The notes under the pieces are model-generated. The model saw nothing but the letters and a program-made list of their open reading frames with translations, was not told where the DNA came from and made no database searches. This document shows, piece after piece, positions 1 to 11,976 of a stretch of DNA of 64,000 bases. Source of the stretch: Protoeuglena noctilucae (Eukaryota); contig OY253673.1 of the NCBI GenBank assembly GCA_958009085.1, positions 682,001 to 746,000 of the forward strand, read 5' to 3'. A program made the translations under genes and the position numbers. The number at the start of each line of letters is the position of its first letter. Positions within the stretch are counted from its first letter, which is position 1.

Positions 1-113
1 GAATCGCCTCTGCGGAACGCGATGCGATTCCGTCGAGGATGCGCGCACACCGACCGCGGCGCGCGGCGGGGCACCCTTCGCGCGCCCCCTGATACCCTGA
101 GCCGGTGCCCGCA

Positions 114-3100
114 GTGTCGACGTGGGGCTCGGGCGGCGGCCCCATCCCCCATGCGGCGCTCCCTGCGGTACCGAGCGAGTTTGCGATCCCAGAGACCATG
201 CTGCTCAAGCGGCTGATGGAGTCGGGGGACCTGATTGCTCTAAACATGGCGAAGGCGAGCCGTCCTGCCTCTTCCCGGCCGCTGCACGCGCCGCGCCGGA
301 TCCCTGGCCTGTTGCGACGGACTCCTCGCCGCATCGTGCGCAGGATGGCATCTGCATGCGCACGAACGGCAAGTCGTGGCGCTGCGCCAACCCGCGCATG
401 ATGGGTAGCCGGTACTGCACCAAGCATGCGGACATGGAGTCGAAGCGCAACCATCACAGCCGCAAGAGGGACTGGATCGGGCGATGGCGGGCCCACAACA
501 GGGACAGGTGCGAAAGGCTCGACTCCCGGCAGCGTGTGGAGTGAGCGCCCAAGCGTGGCGCCAGCATTCAACCGGTGCGGGTGCGGTCGTTCTCAGGGCG
601 GGCGTCGCGGACGCCCCGAGTGACGACCCGGTTCTGGAGACGAACGCGGCACTGCGCCCGGCCCCACGTAGGGCCGCAGCTGCCCGTGCGAACAACCTGA
701 TCGAGTCACTGGCGGCCGCACCGGGCAGGCAGGTGGGCTACTCGGGCCGCTCGCACCACGTTCTGGCGGCGAACCAGCACCCGATGTTCGCGGGGCAGCG
801 CCGGATGGACCGCTCGCGCATGGATGCGGACGTGATTGTCATCGGGGCGGGGCCCGCGGGGCTGGCCGCGGCGCAGCGCTTGCGGCGCGAGGGGCTGGAG
901 GTGGTCGTCCTGGAGGCTCGGCACCGCCTCGGCGGGCGCTGCCACACCGTGACGCTGCCGGCGGTGGAGGGGACGGAGGGCTTGCTGCCAGAGGTCAGCG
1001 TCGACCTCGGGGCGAGCTACATGCACGGGTGCTGCGACGCGCAGCCCGTGTACCGGCTCTCCAAGGACCTCCGCGTCGATTCCGAGCCCGTGGACGACGG
1101 TCTGACTGAGGCGAGGGGCGCGCTGCAGCAAGGGTCTCCTCACAGTCCCTGCCGGCGTCGCTGCACGCTTTGGCTCATCATAGCAGCAAATTCCGATTCC
1201 ATCGGACGATCGAGCAGCGCGCGTGCGGCGCCACGCAAGCGCTGCAGTGCGTGTGGCGATGGCCGCTTCCCTTGTACCTGCAGAAGGCGGCTTGGTACGC
1301 GAATGGGGAGAGGCACCACATCTTCAAAGTCAAGTCCTTCCACGCGATTCTGCACGCCGCGGGGTCCCTCCTGATCCACCGCACGCGCGCCCGCAAGGAG
1401 GCGGGGCTTGAGGACGTGCCCATCGCCGCCATGATGGAGGGGTGCCTGGCAGACGCGCTGATCGAGCGGGCGCTGAAGAGGCTCCCCATGGAGAAGAAGA
1501 AGGTGGGTATGCGGTGTCATGTGATGGGAAATGGGTTTGCAATGTCAAGAGCAAGAGATGGTGGGCGCAGGGTACGTGAGCTGCACCTTGGTGTGCGCTG
1601 AGCTTCTGGGCTTGCGAGGGCTTACCTTCCATGTTATGTGCACAGAAACATCTTCGTATGGTGTTTCTCTTCGCAGCGGATGGCCCCCGGTGTGCTGGAG
1701 CGCATCCGCACGATGCGACCCCTGTTAGAGGACACGCCCACTCCGTCGCCCGCACCGACACTGCCGCCCGCATCTGAGGAGCGGCACAGGCAGGCGCGGG
1801 GCCATGCCTCGCCTGGCAAGTCCCGCACCCCCAAGGGTGGCCATGGCCACGCAGCGGGCCGCAAGCAGGCGGACAAGTCGCCCCTTGCGCCGCACGCCGG
1901 CCAGCCCAGGTGCGCGAGCCCCCGGCTGGTTCCGGCAGTTGCGTGTTGAAAGTGGAAACCTCGCTGTGTCGCTTCGTCTTACATGTTGTAACACGAATGA
2001 GTCCAAAGCGCTCCCCTATTGTTGTCCCCCTGCAGGGAGGGGAGGGCGGGGCAGGCGACGAGGCATTCTGGCAACGGGGCAGGGACGGGCGTGGTGGGCC
2101 GGGACGGGGCTTCGGCAGACGCCTCGCAGGCGCTGCAGGAGCTGGCGCCCGTGGCTGTGCTGCAGCGGGCGGCGCTGCACGCGTCCGAGGCAACCAGGGA
2201 GGCGGTGGCGGCGGCTGGCGGTCTGCGGATCTTCGCCGACGAGGATCCCATGATGCGCGACCAGGTCCGTGCGTCTGCGGGCGATGATCTGACTGGGACT
2301 CGCTCAGAGCCGGCGCCCGTGCCCTGTCGGTCTAGCCGCGTGACACCCTATGTGCCAACACTCGTGCCAACACCCGTGACTGCGTGCTCACAGGTCCTCG
2401 TCCTCTCCTTCTGCGCCGTGGGGGGCTTCTGCGAGCCCGACGCGGCCCGGTGGGGCATACCGCCCTCAGACGAGGCGCCGTCGGTCAAGTTCCCAATGCT
2501 GGGGTCGCAGGCACTGGGATGCTCCCGCAGCGCCGAGCGCGTGGCGTCGCCGATGCTCCAGGAGGTGCTGGAGGGGTGCACGGAGATCCTGCGCAGGGCG
2601 CGCGGGCCCGGGGCTGTGGCGGCGCGGGTGCTGGGGACCGGGCGTGACGCAGAGGACGGGCCCCAGACGCTGCAAGAGCTCTTGGGGTCAGTGACGGCGG
2701 CGGGCGACACGGCGCCGCTGCGGGCGTCGTTCCTCCGGTCGCTCCGCGCGCAGCAGGTGGTGGCGCGGTTGCAGGCGACGGCTCACGTGGTGTGCGCGCT
2801 CGTGGACCCACTGCTGGCCTTCGCGCTCCTCCACGCCTCCGTCCGGCAGCTCCGCAATGTGCTGGCGGAGATCTCGGTGAGTCCCCGGCACGCCCTGCCA
2901 CAGTGCCACCTCCCTCCTCTTTCGCTCTCCAGCCCTTGGGGTAACGCCGCTCTGCTCTGGCACGCTTGCGAGCAAAGAGTCCAGCTCTGCGTCTCCCGTC
3001 GCAGGCGAACCGAGTCGAGCCGGCCATCAAGGCGGCGTCGGCCACGTCTGCAGAGGGCGTGTGGGACATGGTGATCGGGCAGCTGTCGCAACGGCTGGCG

Positions 3101-6100
3101 GGAGGTGGGCTGGCGGGTCTGCCCCTCCCGGGGGTACTGTCCCGCGCCCAGCGCGCCGCGGGGTGCCTCCGTGGCATGGCGGTCTCCATTATGTCCGCCA
3201 ACGCCGTCGCCGTGCTCCACGCTTTGGCTGCTCGGGACGAGGATGTCGCAGATCCCCACCTCGCACCCGACCTGTGGCCCCTCGGCCCCTTCACGGTGCG
3301 CGCACACAGCTTGCGGCTGCTTTGTGGTGGCTACGATCACCCTGTGTGTCGCTGCACTCCCTCTGGCGTGACTGGGACGGCCGTGGGCCCGGCTGGACCC
3401 CGCAGCATGTGAGCACACACACTCGACATGACATCCGCATCTGCACGACAGCCCTGCCCCGTCCCACCCACGCAGACCCCCGCGATCGAGTCGCTGCAAG
3501 TCGAGGAGGTGCGCCTGGGCACGCGGGCGTCGTCGGGCGCCGTCAGCCGCCCCTTGGCAGGCGGCCCTGGGGGCGATGGGTCCATGAGCAATGGGACCGC
3601 CGTCCCTGGCCTGGCACTGAGCGATTCGGGAGAGGGTGTCATGGCGTCCGCTGGCCCCTCCACGCACGTCGTCGCCGTGTCTGACGTCCACACCCTCCCT
3701 GTGCCTTCCATTCGCCCGGCTGCCGTCCGCCACGCCCACCTTCCCGAGCGCCCCATGGCAGCATTCCCGGACTCCGCGCCGGGCCACGCCGGGCTAGCAA
3801 CTCAGGCGCTTTTCCCGGGTAACGCTGACGCGGCTGACGTGGCGGGCGCCGATGCGAGGGCTGCGGGGTCGGAGGGGGTTGCCCAGGCGAACGGCGATGC
3901 TGGCCCAGGCAACCACGGCCCTACTCACGCTCCGGTGGAGGTCATGGAGGTCGATGTGATCGATGAGCGTGCGGGAGGAGCGTCCCTGGTGTCTCAGTCC
4001 TGTCCTGATGGCGGGGCTGGTGGGGCCGACAGCGGCACTCCCACCCCAGGCACCTCCGCCGTGCCCCAGTTGTCTTCAGAGGAACTCCACCGCATCCAAC
4101 AGAGCCTCGCGACCGCGGAGGCTCCGTGCCTTGCCCCGGTGTCCGTGGCTGGCTCTGCGGTGCACGCGGCGGTGGCGGGCGGTGGGGCGGTTGATGCGAT
4201 TGGCACAGTGGGACCGCCCGTGGGTTTGGAGGGCGGAGTGGCTGAGGCGGGCAGCGAGACAGATGCAGAGAGGGCGGAGGGGCTGCTTGATGGGGCAGGT
4301 GCCGGTCATTCAGCAGGGGAGGTGGGGTCGCGTGCGGCGGGTGTGACGGGTGATGGCGACGCAGTGATGCAAGGAGGTGCGATGGGCGAGTCGGGTGCAG
4401 CTGCCGGGGTGGCTGGCGCAGCGAGGGTGGAGGAGAGGGCTCCGAGCGCGAATGGGCACGGGGGCGATGCAGTGGACGTGCCTGGTGGGGCTGGCGATGC
4501 GGGGCAGGGTGCGGATGCTGAGAACGATGCTCTGGGCGGGAGTGCGAGCGTTTTTCGGTGGGGCCTGCGGCAACGGAGACCTCGAGGGAAGGTGCCAGAG
4601 AAGGCGCCAGAATCGCCGGCGCTGAAGCGGGCCAGGCGGTCTGCGGAGGAGACCCCCGGGCAGGGTGGCAAGGTGAGGGGCAAGCAGGGGCAGGGTGGGA
4701 AGGTGAGGGGCGACGGCGCTGGTTGTCAGCGAAATGGATGAATGCAGCTTTGCTGATTGTCAAGACGCAAACGTGGATGTACTCCGTGCTTGTATGCACC
4801 ATGCGCTGTTCAATCTCTCACATCAGCTCAGCGTCGCTGCTTGTGTGCATGACCGCAGTCGCCCTCGGTGGCCCCGGATGGGGAGGCGCCGTTCACCCTG
4901 GGAGACACCACAGTGGCCGGGGGACCCCTGGGCACCCCTTCCCTGACCGTGGTGCACCGCGCTGTGCAGCGGGCGCAGCGGGAGCTGGGCCTGGACACGC
5001 CAGACGAGGTGCTGCCTGGGCTCGACTGCGCCATGCTTGCGGGCGCCCTGTCCCGGTCGTTCGGCTACGTGGCATCGCTCTCGGAGCTCTCCACGATGGC
5101 GGAGCTGGCGTCTGCGGACGAGGTGGCGATGATCGACGGGGCGGCCAGGGACGCGGAGGGACGCGACGGGCGCGGGGCGGCCGGCGAGGGTGGCAGGGGC
5201 GAGGGCGGCCGGGGCGAGGGTGGCAGGGGCGAGGGCGGCAGGGGCGAGGGCGGCAGGGGCGAGGGTGGCAGGGGGGATACCCTGCTGGCCCCGCGGCGGG
5301 GGCGCATGGCGGGCGAGAACGGAGGCAGCAACGAGGCAGGCGGGGCTGCAGCGGGCGCGACTGGGGTGCCTGGGGGTGCCAGGGCTGCAGGCGCGTGGAT
5401 AACAGATGGGGCGCGTGAGTACATGGGCGGCGGTGATGAGGAGAAGGAGAACGGCGAGAGTGTTGCGGCGCGTGTGGAGCGGGAGCGTGCGGCGCTCGAG
5501 CGGGAGATGCGGGAGCGGCAGGAGATGCTGGGGTTGGAAGGGGCGGTGGGGTTGGACCGGTATGTGAAGCCGGGGTACGGCCCTTTCCTCATCCAGCATT
5601 TGATGCAAGGGTTAGAGGACAGCGTCCGGCTGGGTCACGTGGTGCGCAAGGTGTCGTCCAAGCTGGGGGGCGTGGAGGTCGTGGTGGAGGTACCCATGGC
5701 AGACGCCGGTGAGTGGGTGCGGGTGTGGGTAGCAGTGTGGGTGTGGGTGCAAGTGCGGGTGCGGGTGTTTTTGTGAGTGCTAATGACCGCTGTGTATGTC
5801 CCTATATGCAGAGGACCAGGACTGCCCCGTGTTTGCGAACAAGCCGGCAACCAATGGGCAAGGCGTGCACTGTGCTGTGGACAACCCCCTCCCCGCCCAA
5901 CTGGCCATCCTGGAGGCGCGGTACTCTGCGCACCGTCACGCCGTGCGGCCGTGGAGGGCCAAGTTCGCCATCGTGACAGGTGAGGGCCCGGGTCGTGTTC
6001 GGGTCACCCTGCCACAAGCCACCCTGCCTCATGCCACCATCTCGTCTCACCCTGCCCTGTGTCCACATGCTGCATAACGCTTCTCCCTCCGCTACGACTC

Positions 6101-9100
6101 CCGCAGTGCCCGTGGGCGTGCTGAAGAGCAAGCACCCCCGCAGCGCGATTGAGTTCGACCCGCCTCTCATGCCCTACAAGCGTGCGGCCATCGACACCCT
6201 GGGCATGGGGTGCGAGAACAAGATCGTCCTGCGATTCCCCCACTGCTTCTGGAACCCCACCGTCCCATTCTTCCTCACTGGTGAGCGCGACGGCCCTCGC
6301 CATTGTGTTGACTTTCATAAGCTGCCATCGCCGCTGCTGTTGCCGACAACCGACTGCCTGGCCTGTCTGACCCTTGCCACGAACACACCTCTGCTCTCAA
6401 GTAACCGTTACCACTGACACCGCCCCACCTGCCCCGCCAAGTAAGCCACCCCCGCAAGTAAGCCACCCTCGCGCCTCTCACCTCCCGCAGACGACCCTCG
6501 CGTCCGATTCGTCAACCTGCACGCCTTGGGCAAGGAGAACGTGATCGTGGCGCACGTCCCTCCGCCTTACTCGTACTATTTGGTCAAAGGCCAAGTGCCG
6601 CCCGTCCAGGTCGTGACCAATGCCACGGCGAGCGACAGTGACGCGGGCCTGTCTAATGACGGTGCAAACGGCGATGCGAACGGGCAGGGGCATGCGGAAG
6701 GGAACGGTGTGGCGGGGGACGGTGTGGGTGGGACTGGCGGGGTGGGTGTGGGGTCGGGTGGGACAGAGGTCAGCGCAGAGGCCAAGGTCCTTGCAGCCAA
6801 GCAACTGGTGATGGAGATTCTGCGCAAGAGCCTTTTTGCGGGGGAGGACTCGGTGCCGGAGCCGCTGCAGGTGACGGCACAAGCGTGACTGAGGGTGACT
6901 GAGGCGGCAGTAATTGTGGTCTCCTCCACGATTGCACGATGTGTTCTCATCGACCTTTGCTCGCGCCATCTCCATAAGTCCTTGCACACTCGTCGCCCAC
7001 CTGCCACCATACGCCCTCTCGCAGGTGGTGGTCACCACGTGGGACGCGGACCCCTTTAGCCTCGGGTCGTATTCCTTCATGGGAGTGGGCGCCACGGCAG
7101 GCATGGTCCTCGACCTGGCTGCCTGCGAGGGCCTCCCCGGCGAGTGCCGCGTCTACTTTGCGGGCGAGGGGTGCTCTTTGGAGGGCCACCAGTGCGTCCA
7201 CGGGGCCTACGACACGGGTACAAAGGCCGCCGAGGGCATCGCGCGCCGGCTGTTGAGCCGAAAGGACCCCGGGGTGCCTCAGCTGTTTGAGTATGGCTCG
7301 GCGCACACCGTGTACCACATCCAGTGCAAGGACTGCGGGCAGTGGCGCAAGCTGCCCCAGGGGCTGTCGCCAGAGAACCTCGGGGTGTTTGCGGCGGACG
7401 ATGAGAACTGGACCTGCGCCAAGGTGACAAGCGGGGTGGGCACTGTTCACGGGGTGGGTGCAGTGCGCTGGTGTAGTGTGTGGGTGCGGGCGGGGCACCA
7501 GCTTGTCAGTAGGCAAAGTGCGATCGATGCTCGCTGCCCGCCCTCTCAACAACGCCCGCTGTTCTTCCCAACGACCTCGTTGCCCTCCCCGCAGTGGCAC
7601 AAGTCCTGGGGCACCCGCACCTTCTGGGACCGATGCACGGCAACGCGCGCCACGACGTCCGACGGCGGAGCGACACCCGCCACCGCCGCCGCCGTCGACG
7701 CCGCCGTTTCTGGCCCGGCGGCGCCCCTGCCAGAATCCGCCCGCGACCACGAGGCCAAACCGGAGCTTAAAGATGGCCCGGCCAGGGCGCCGGAGCCCCT
7801 CGGGAGGCCGAGCGAGGCTCCGGGGCAGGTGGCGGTGTCGGGCAGGGCGGCTGAGGTCGGTGGCCCGGCCCAGGCGGCCGTCCCCGTGCCCCGGCAGTCG
7901 GACAGTGCGGGGGCAGCCTGGGGTGGCGCCTCTGTGCCCGTGGCCCCCCTCGCGCGCTGGTCGGACGCGGGGGTCCCGGGGAGCGCACCGCAAGCGCAGT
8001 TCCCCGTCAGTGGGCCCACGCATGCCACGTCCTGGACAGCGCAAGCAGAGACGGGAGGTGCAGGGTACGCGCCGGGATACCAGCTGGGCCCGTCTGCCGC
8101 TTCCCAGGCGCGCGTCGGGCCCCTGGCCGCGTATGTCCGGGGCGGAGAGGCCGGGGGAAGTCACTCCGCACCGCCCCCCGCTTGGGCCGCGCATGCTGTG
8201 CCTGCTGACCCCCGCGCGCCGTTCCAGGGCGGCGCTTACGGCGGCAGCGCTGCGTTCCCGAGAGATGACCGCGCGCAGAGGAGCAGGTGAGCGTGGGTGG
8301 GAGGAGATCAGAGGACGCCCCTGCGTAGGGCCTGGGCGAGTGGTGGATGGCGTGTGTCGGCTGTCGTGTGTTTGGATGACTGGTAGAGGGCTGCAGTGTT
8401 TGGTGGCCGTGTAGATTGGCGGCGCGGGCAACACCCTGGCCCTCCACGCTTGCAGGGACGCCCCGCTGCCGCCGCACTCGGGTGCTGAGGGGCCTGGGGT
8501 GGTGGCGGGGGTGGACACGACGAAGGGGCTATCCCGAGAGGACCGCATCCGGCAGAGGGAGGAGATCAAGGCGAGTTGAAGGGAGGGGCTGGGTGGAGTT
8601 GATGTGGGTAACACAGATGACGCGGAGTGAGGGTGGAGCCAGGATGCACATAGCATGGATGACCCACTTGTGGTGACTGCCACCGCGTGGTGCGTCGGAA
8701 CGATCAGCAACGCGTCCCGTCGCCGCAGACCAAGATCGCAGAGCGGGTGGCGCAGGGCGACAGCCGGGCCAAGCGCTACAACATGCCAGGCAGCGGCCTG
8801 GTGCGGCGCCCACCCAACACCCGCTGCCGGTTCTGCAAGAGCAAGCACCTGGGCGGGTGCGGAACGGACGAGGCGCGGGACGGGTGCCTGAAGCGGCCCC
8901 GGAAACCTGGGGACCCAGTGCCACGACCGGGGCGCATGAGCCGTCGGCGCCCGTCGGCGTCTCAAGGCCCGGGGGGCTCCATGAGCGGGGACTATGGGGG
9001 CTCCGGGACGCTGGGGGAGGGCTCTGAGAACTACTCGGGTGAGCGGGGAAGGCGGCTGGCTAACCGGGCACTCTGGACAGGCGGGTGAAGGTAGTACCGA

Positions 9101-9871
9101 GTCGCGACGAGCGGGGTGCGTACCCTCACCCTGCGTGTTCCTTGGCGTGACTGCAGGGGAGGCGGATAGCGTCATGGACGGCTTTGGCCCCATGGAGGGA
9201 GGACTGATGGGAGCAGGCACCACAACGACCCTGGCGCAGCTGCCGGTGCCGGGGCCGCAGTGGCGGAGCGGGGGTGTGGCGGACGCGCATGCGCACGCCG
9301 CCCCCGTGCCAGTCGCGGTGCCAGCTCCGGCGCCGGTGCCCCCGCCGAGCACTGCCGTGGTCGGGCCCGCGCGCCCCGTGCCCACGCGCATGCCGGGCGT
9401 GAGAGCCGGGGCCGCCATGCCCGGCGCAGCCACGCCAGGTGACACACAGCACGCAGCACGCGGATCGCAGCGAAGCGAGGTTTCCTGCATCGATCCAATG
9501 CCCGGCCTTGATGATGTGCGCATGCTCGTGGCTGCCACTGGCACTGGCACTGCATGTCAATTCCATCTGATGCCCACTCACTCCACCCCTGAGCCACCCA
9601 TGCGCGCCCCTTCCCCGCAGCCGCGCCCCTCGCGCACGCTTTCCAGGCCTTCGCGACGCCGGGTGCGGCCCCCGACAGACGCGCGGCGCACCAGGCCTGC
9701 CTGCCATTCGCCGCGTCTGCCGCCCTGCCGCACCGAGCGTTCCCGCCCAACTACGGTCCGTCGGCCTTCGCTTGGCGCCCAGGCATGCTGGGCCCGGGGG
9801 CCCAGCCCAATCAGCCGCCCGTGCCGCACGCGTCGGCGTTCCGACCCCACGAGCAGGGCGGCGTGCTGTGA
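114..9871 (+). CDS. LSD1/KDM1-like flavin amine oxidase (putative histone demethylase) with WRC and CW-type zinc fingers; multi-exon, 5' end probably upstream of the window
   Basis: WRC motif (CMRTNGKSWRC..YCTKH, 344-427). FAD-binding VIVIGAGPAGLAAA..VVVLEARHRLGGR and DLGASYMHG (830-1030). C-terminal oxidase half with GMGCENKIVLRF (catalytic-Lys position), WDADPFSLGSYS and VYFAGE..VHGAY. zf-CW-like HIQCKDCGQWRKLP..WTC (~7317-7420). The junctions I checked are phase-consistent; the last exon (stop 9869-9871) is less certain. Confidence 0.8.
5183..5275 (+). repeat. 15-bp exonic tandem repeat encoding (GEGGR)x~6
   Basis: GGCGAGGG(C/T)GGC(A/C)GG units, translated as GEGGRGEGGR... in ORF 4868..5776. 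Confidence 0.9.
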
Positions 9872-10587
9872 GGGTGCTGCGACCGTCACCCCGCAGCAAC
9901 CAGCGCCCCGCACCTGGCCCAGGGCGGGAGGCACGTGGCGGTGCGCGCCCGGCCCGTTTGTTCGCGCGACGCTTTCTCATAAGCGGCGCATTGTAGTTTC
10001 CGGGGAAAGCGATTGCTTCCCACTTGACGAGCAGCTGTTTGTGCAGTGCAGTCGCAGAGGTGCCAGCCGCGCTGGCTGGCCGTTCGCAAGGCGCAGGTCC
10101 CATCGGGCGTTGCGGAGGCGGCGTAAGTGCGCGACCTATTTGCGGTGGATGCTAGCCCATGTCCTGCCGAGTGAGAGCTGTCTCAGAGCGGTGCACGCCC
10201 CGTCGCCATCCGTTGACCCGTCGCATGTGACGCAGATGCTTGCCTTGGCTGCCATGTCCGTCGGCGGGCGCGCCAGACTGGCGTCCGCCAGCCCTGCCCC
10301 CTCTTGCGCGCCCGTTGGCCCATGACCCGCTTGCTTTGCTCGGCCCAGATCAGCAGTTACGACAGTGGTGTTTGAACTGTTTTGCGACAGCCAGAGGGCC
10401 ACAAGCCAGCCACACTCGATCGTTCCCGTCCCGACCGCTTCAACCGGCCTGAAGCGGCCCTCTATCTGAGCTGCGGCAATGCGGGACCACCCCGCCCGCC
10501 GCAAGCCCCCCCGGCCGAGCCCCGCGCGGCGCCAGCGGCCCGGCGATATCGAAAAGGGTGGAGGCCACGTGAGGGGACCGCCCCGGC

Positions 10588-11766
10588 TCAGGCGGACTTC
10601 CAGCCGATGGGCTTGTAGTGGGTGCGCAGCATGCGGGCCGCCTGCTTGCGCGAAAGCTTGGGGTTCTGGTGGTCCAGGGCCTTGGCCACGCCCGCTTCGG
10701 GCTCCTTGAGCACCAGCTCCACGTGGCAGGGCGACGAGAGGTAGGGGTTGACGCGCCCGTGCGCGCGGTACGTCCGGCGGCGGCCCTTCATGGCCTTGTT
10801 GACCTGGATGTGCGACACCACCAGGTTCTCCACGTCCAGACCCCCCTCAGCCTGCGGAGGTGCGGACGAAGAGCGCGCTCAGCTGCCCGGAGGGTCGGCA
10901 GATGCGGCCGGCGCGGGGAAAACGCCGGCACCCCCCCGAGCCCTGGCCGACCCGCCCGCCGCGACGCGCGACATCCCCGCCGGCCCAGCCCCTCGCCTCG
11001 GCGTTCGCCACGGCGTTCTGCAGCAGCGAGAGCAGGAACTTGCACGACTTCTGGGGCCACCGACCCTGGCCCGTCGTCGACCCCTCCGTCTTGGCCTGCG
11101 CCGTCCTCCCCACGCCACCCGTGAAGCGCGTGAACGTCACGCAGCGCTTATGGGCGATGACATCCTCCAGGAAACGCTTGGCGTCCTTCTGCTTCAGGCC
11201 CATAATCGACTTGGCCGTCTCCCGGGTGTTCTTGAAGTGCACCCGAAGATGGCTCCCGCGGGCCTGCGCCAAAGAAGCAGGGGAGACCATCGGACGGCGC
11301 CCGGGCCGCACCGGCGAGCCGGCCCGCGCCAGTCCCGACCCCGGGGGCAGCCTTGGGGGCCTCCCGAGCGAGAGATCGATCGCTCGTTCATTCAGGACAA
11401 TGCCGGGCATCGTGGGGGGGCGCGCATCGGCCCGCAGAGGATGCCCGGTCCCTTTTGGCAGACGCCGAGCCGTCCTGCCCGTGTCCCAGCCGAGAGGGGC
11501 ATCCGTGCGCGGCGACGAGACGCAAGCGCGATAGCACGCTTCCGACCGGGCCTCCGCCCGCCCCCCGCGCCGCTCGGGGCGCAAGCCGGCAGGGGTGCCG
11601 GGGAACGGACGGAGGAGGTCTCCAGCCCCGCCCAGGCCGTCCAAAGCGCAGAGGAGGTGAATATCCAACGACGTGCGCCCAGTGCGCTGTCGCGGGGGCC
11701 CCCCGTCACCTTGGCCACGCGGTCGCTCTTCGACGAGAGCTTCTCGTAGCTCGGCCTTTTCGTCAT
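10588..11766 (-). CDS. RPL17: 60S ribosomal protein L17 (uL22), 3 exons (11766-11710, 11263-10997, 10851-10588)
   Basis: [34 protein letters not shown] and [23 protein letters not shown] are canonical RPL17 motifs; junctions are in phase. Confidence 0.95.
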
Positions 11767-11976
11767 TTGGGCCCCTTCCCCTACCCCATCGAGAAAGGGC
11801 GAGCAGGGGCGCCCGGGGCCCGGTTTCTGCAGGGGGGCCGTGAAACGCCCGATTCTTGCCAGAGACACGCCACCGGCGCTCTTCGCCTGCAGCATGCCAG
11901 CCCCCCGCGCTTCTCAGAACAGCCCGCACGGTCGCCCGCAGTGCCGCGCTTCGCCCGGGACCCGCCGGTGGGCGTC

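Noticed and set aside
6947..9550. 867-aa minus-strand ORF, and many similar long ORFs such as 20153..21052 and 62237..63655
   Set aside because: These are antisense or off-frame shadows of real genes in very GC-rich DNA, with low-complexity Arg/Pro/Ala translations and no domains.
11264..11709. snoRNA in the long first intron of RPL17
   Set aside because: No box C (RTGATGA) paired with a box D and terminal stem, and no convincing H/ACA structure.
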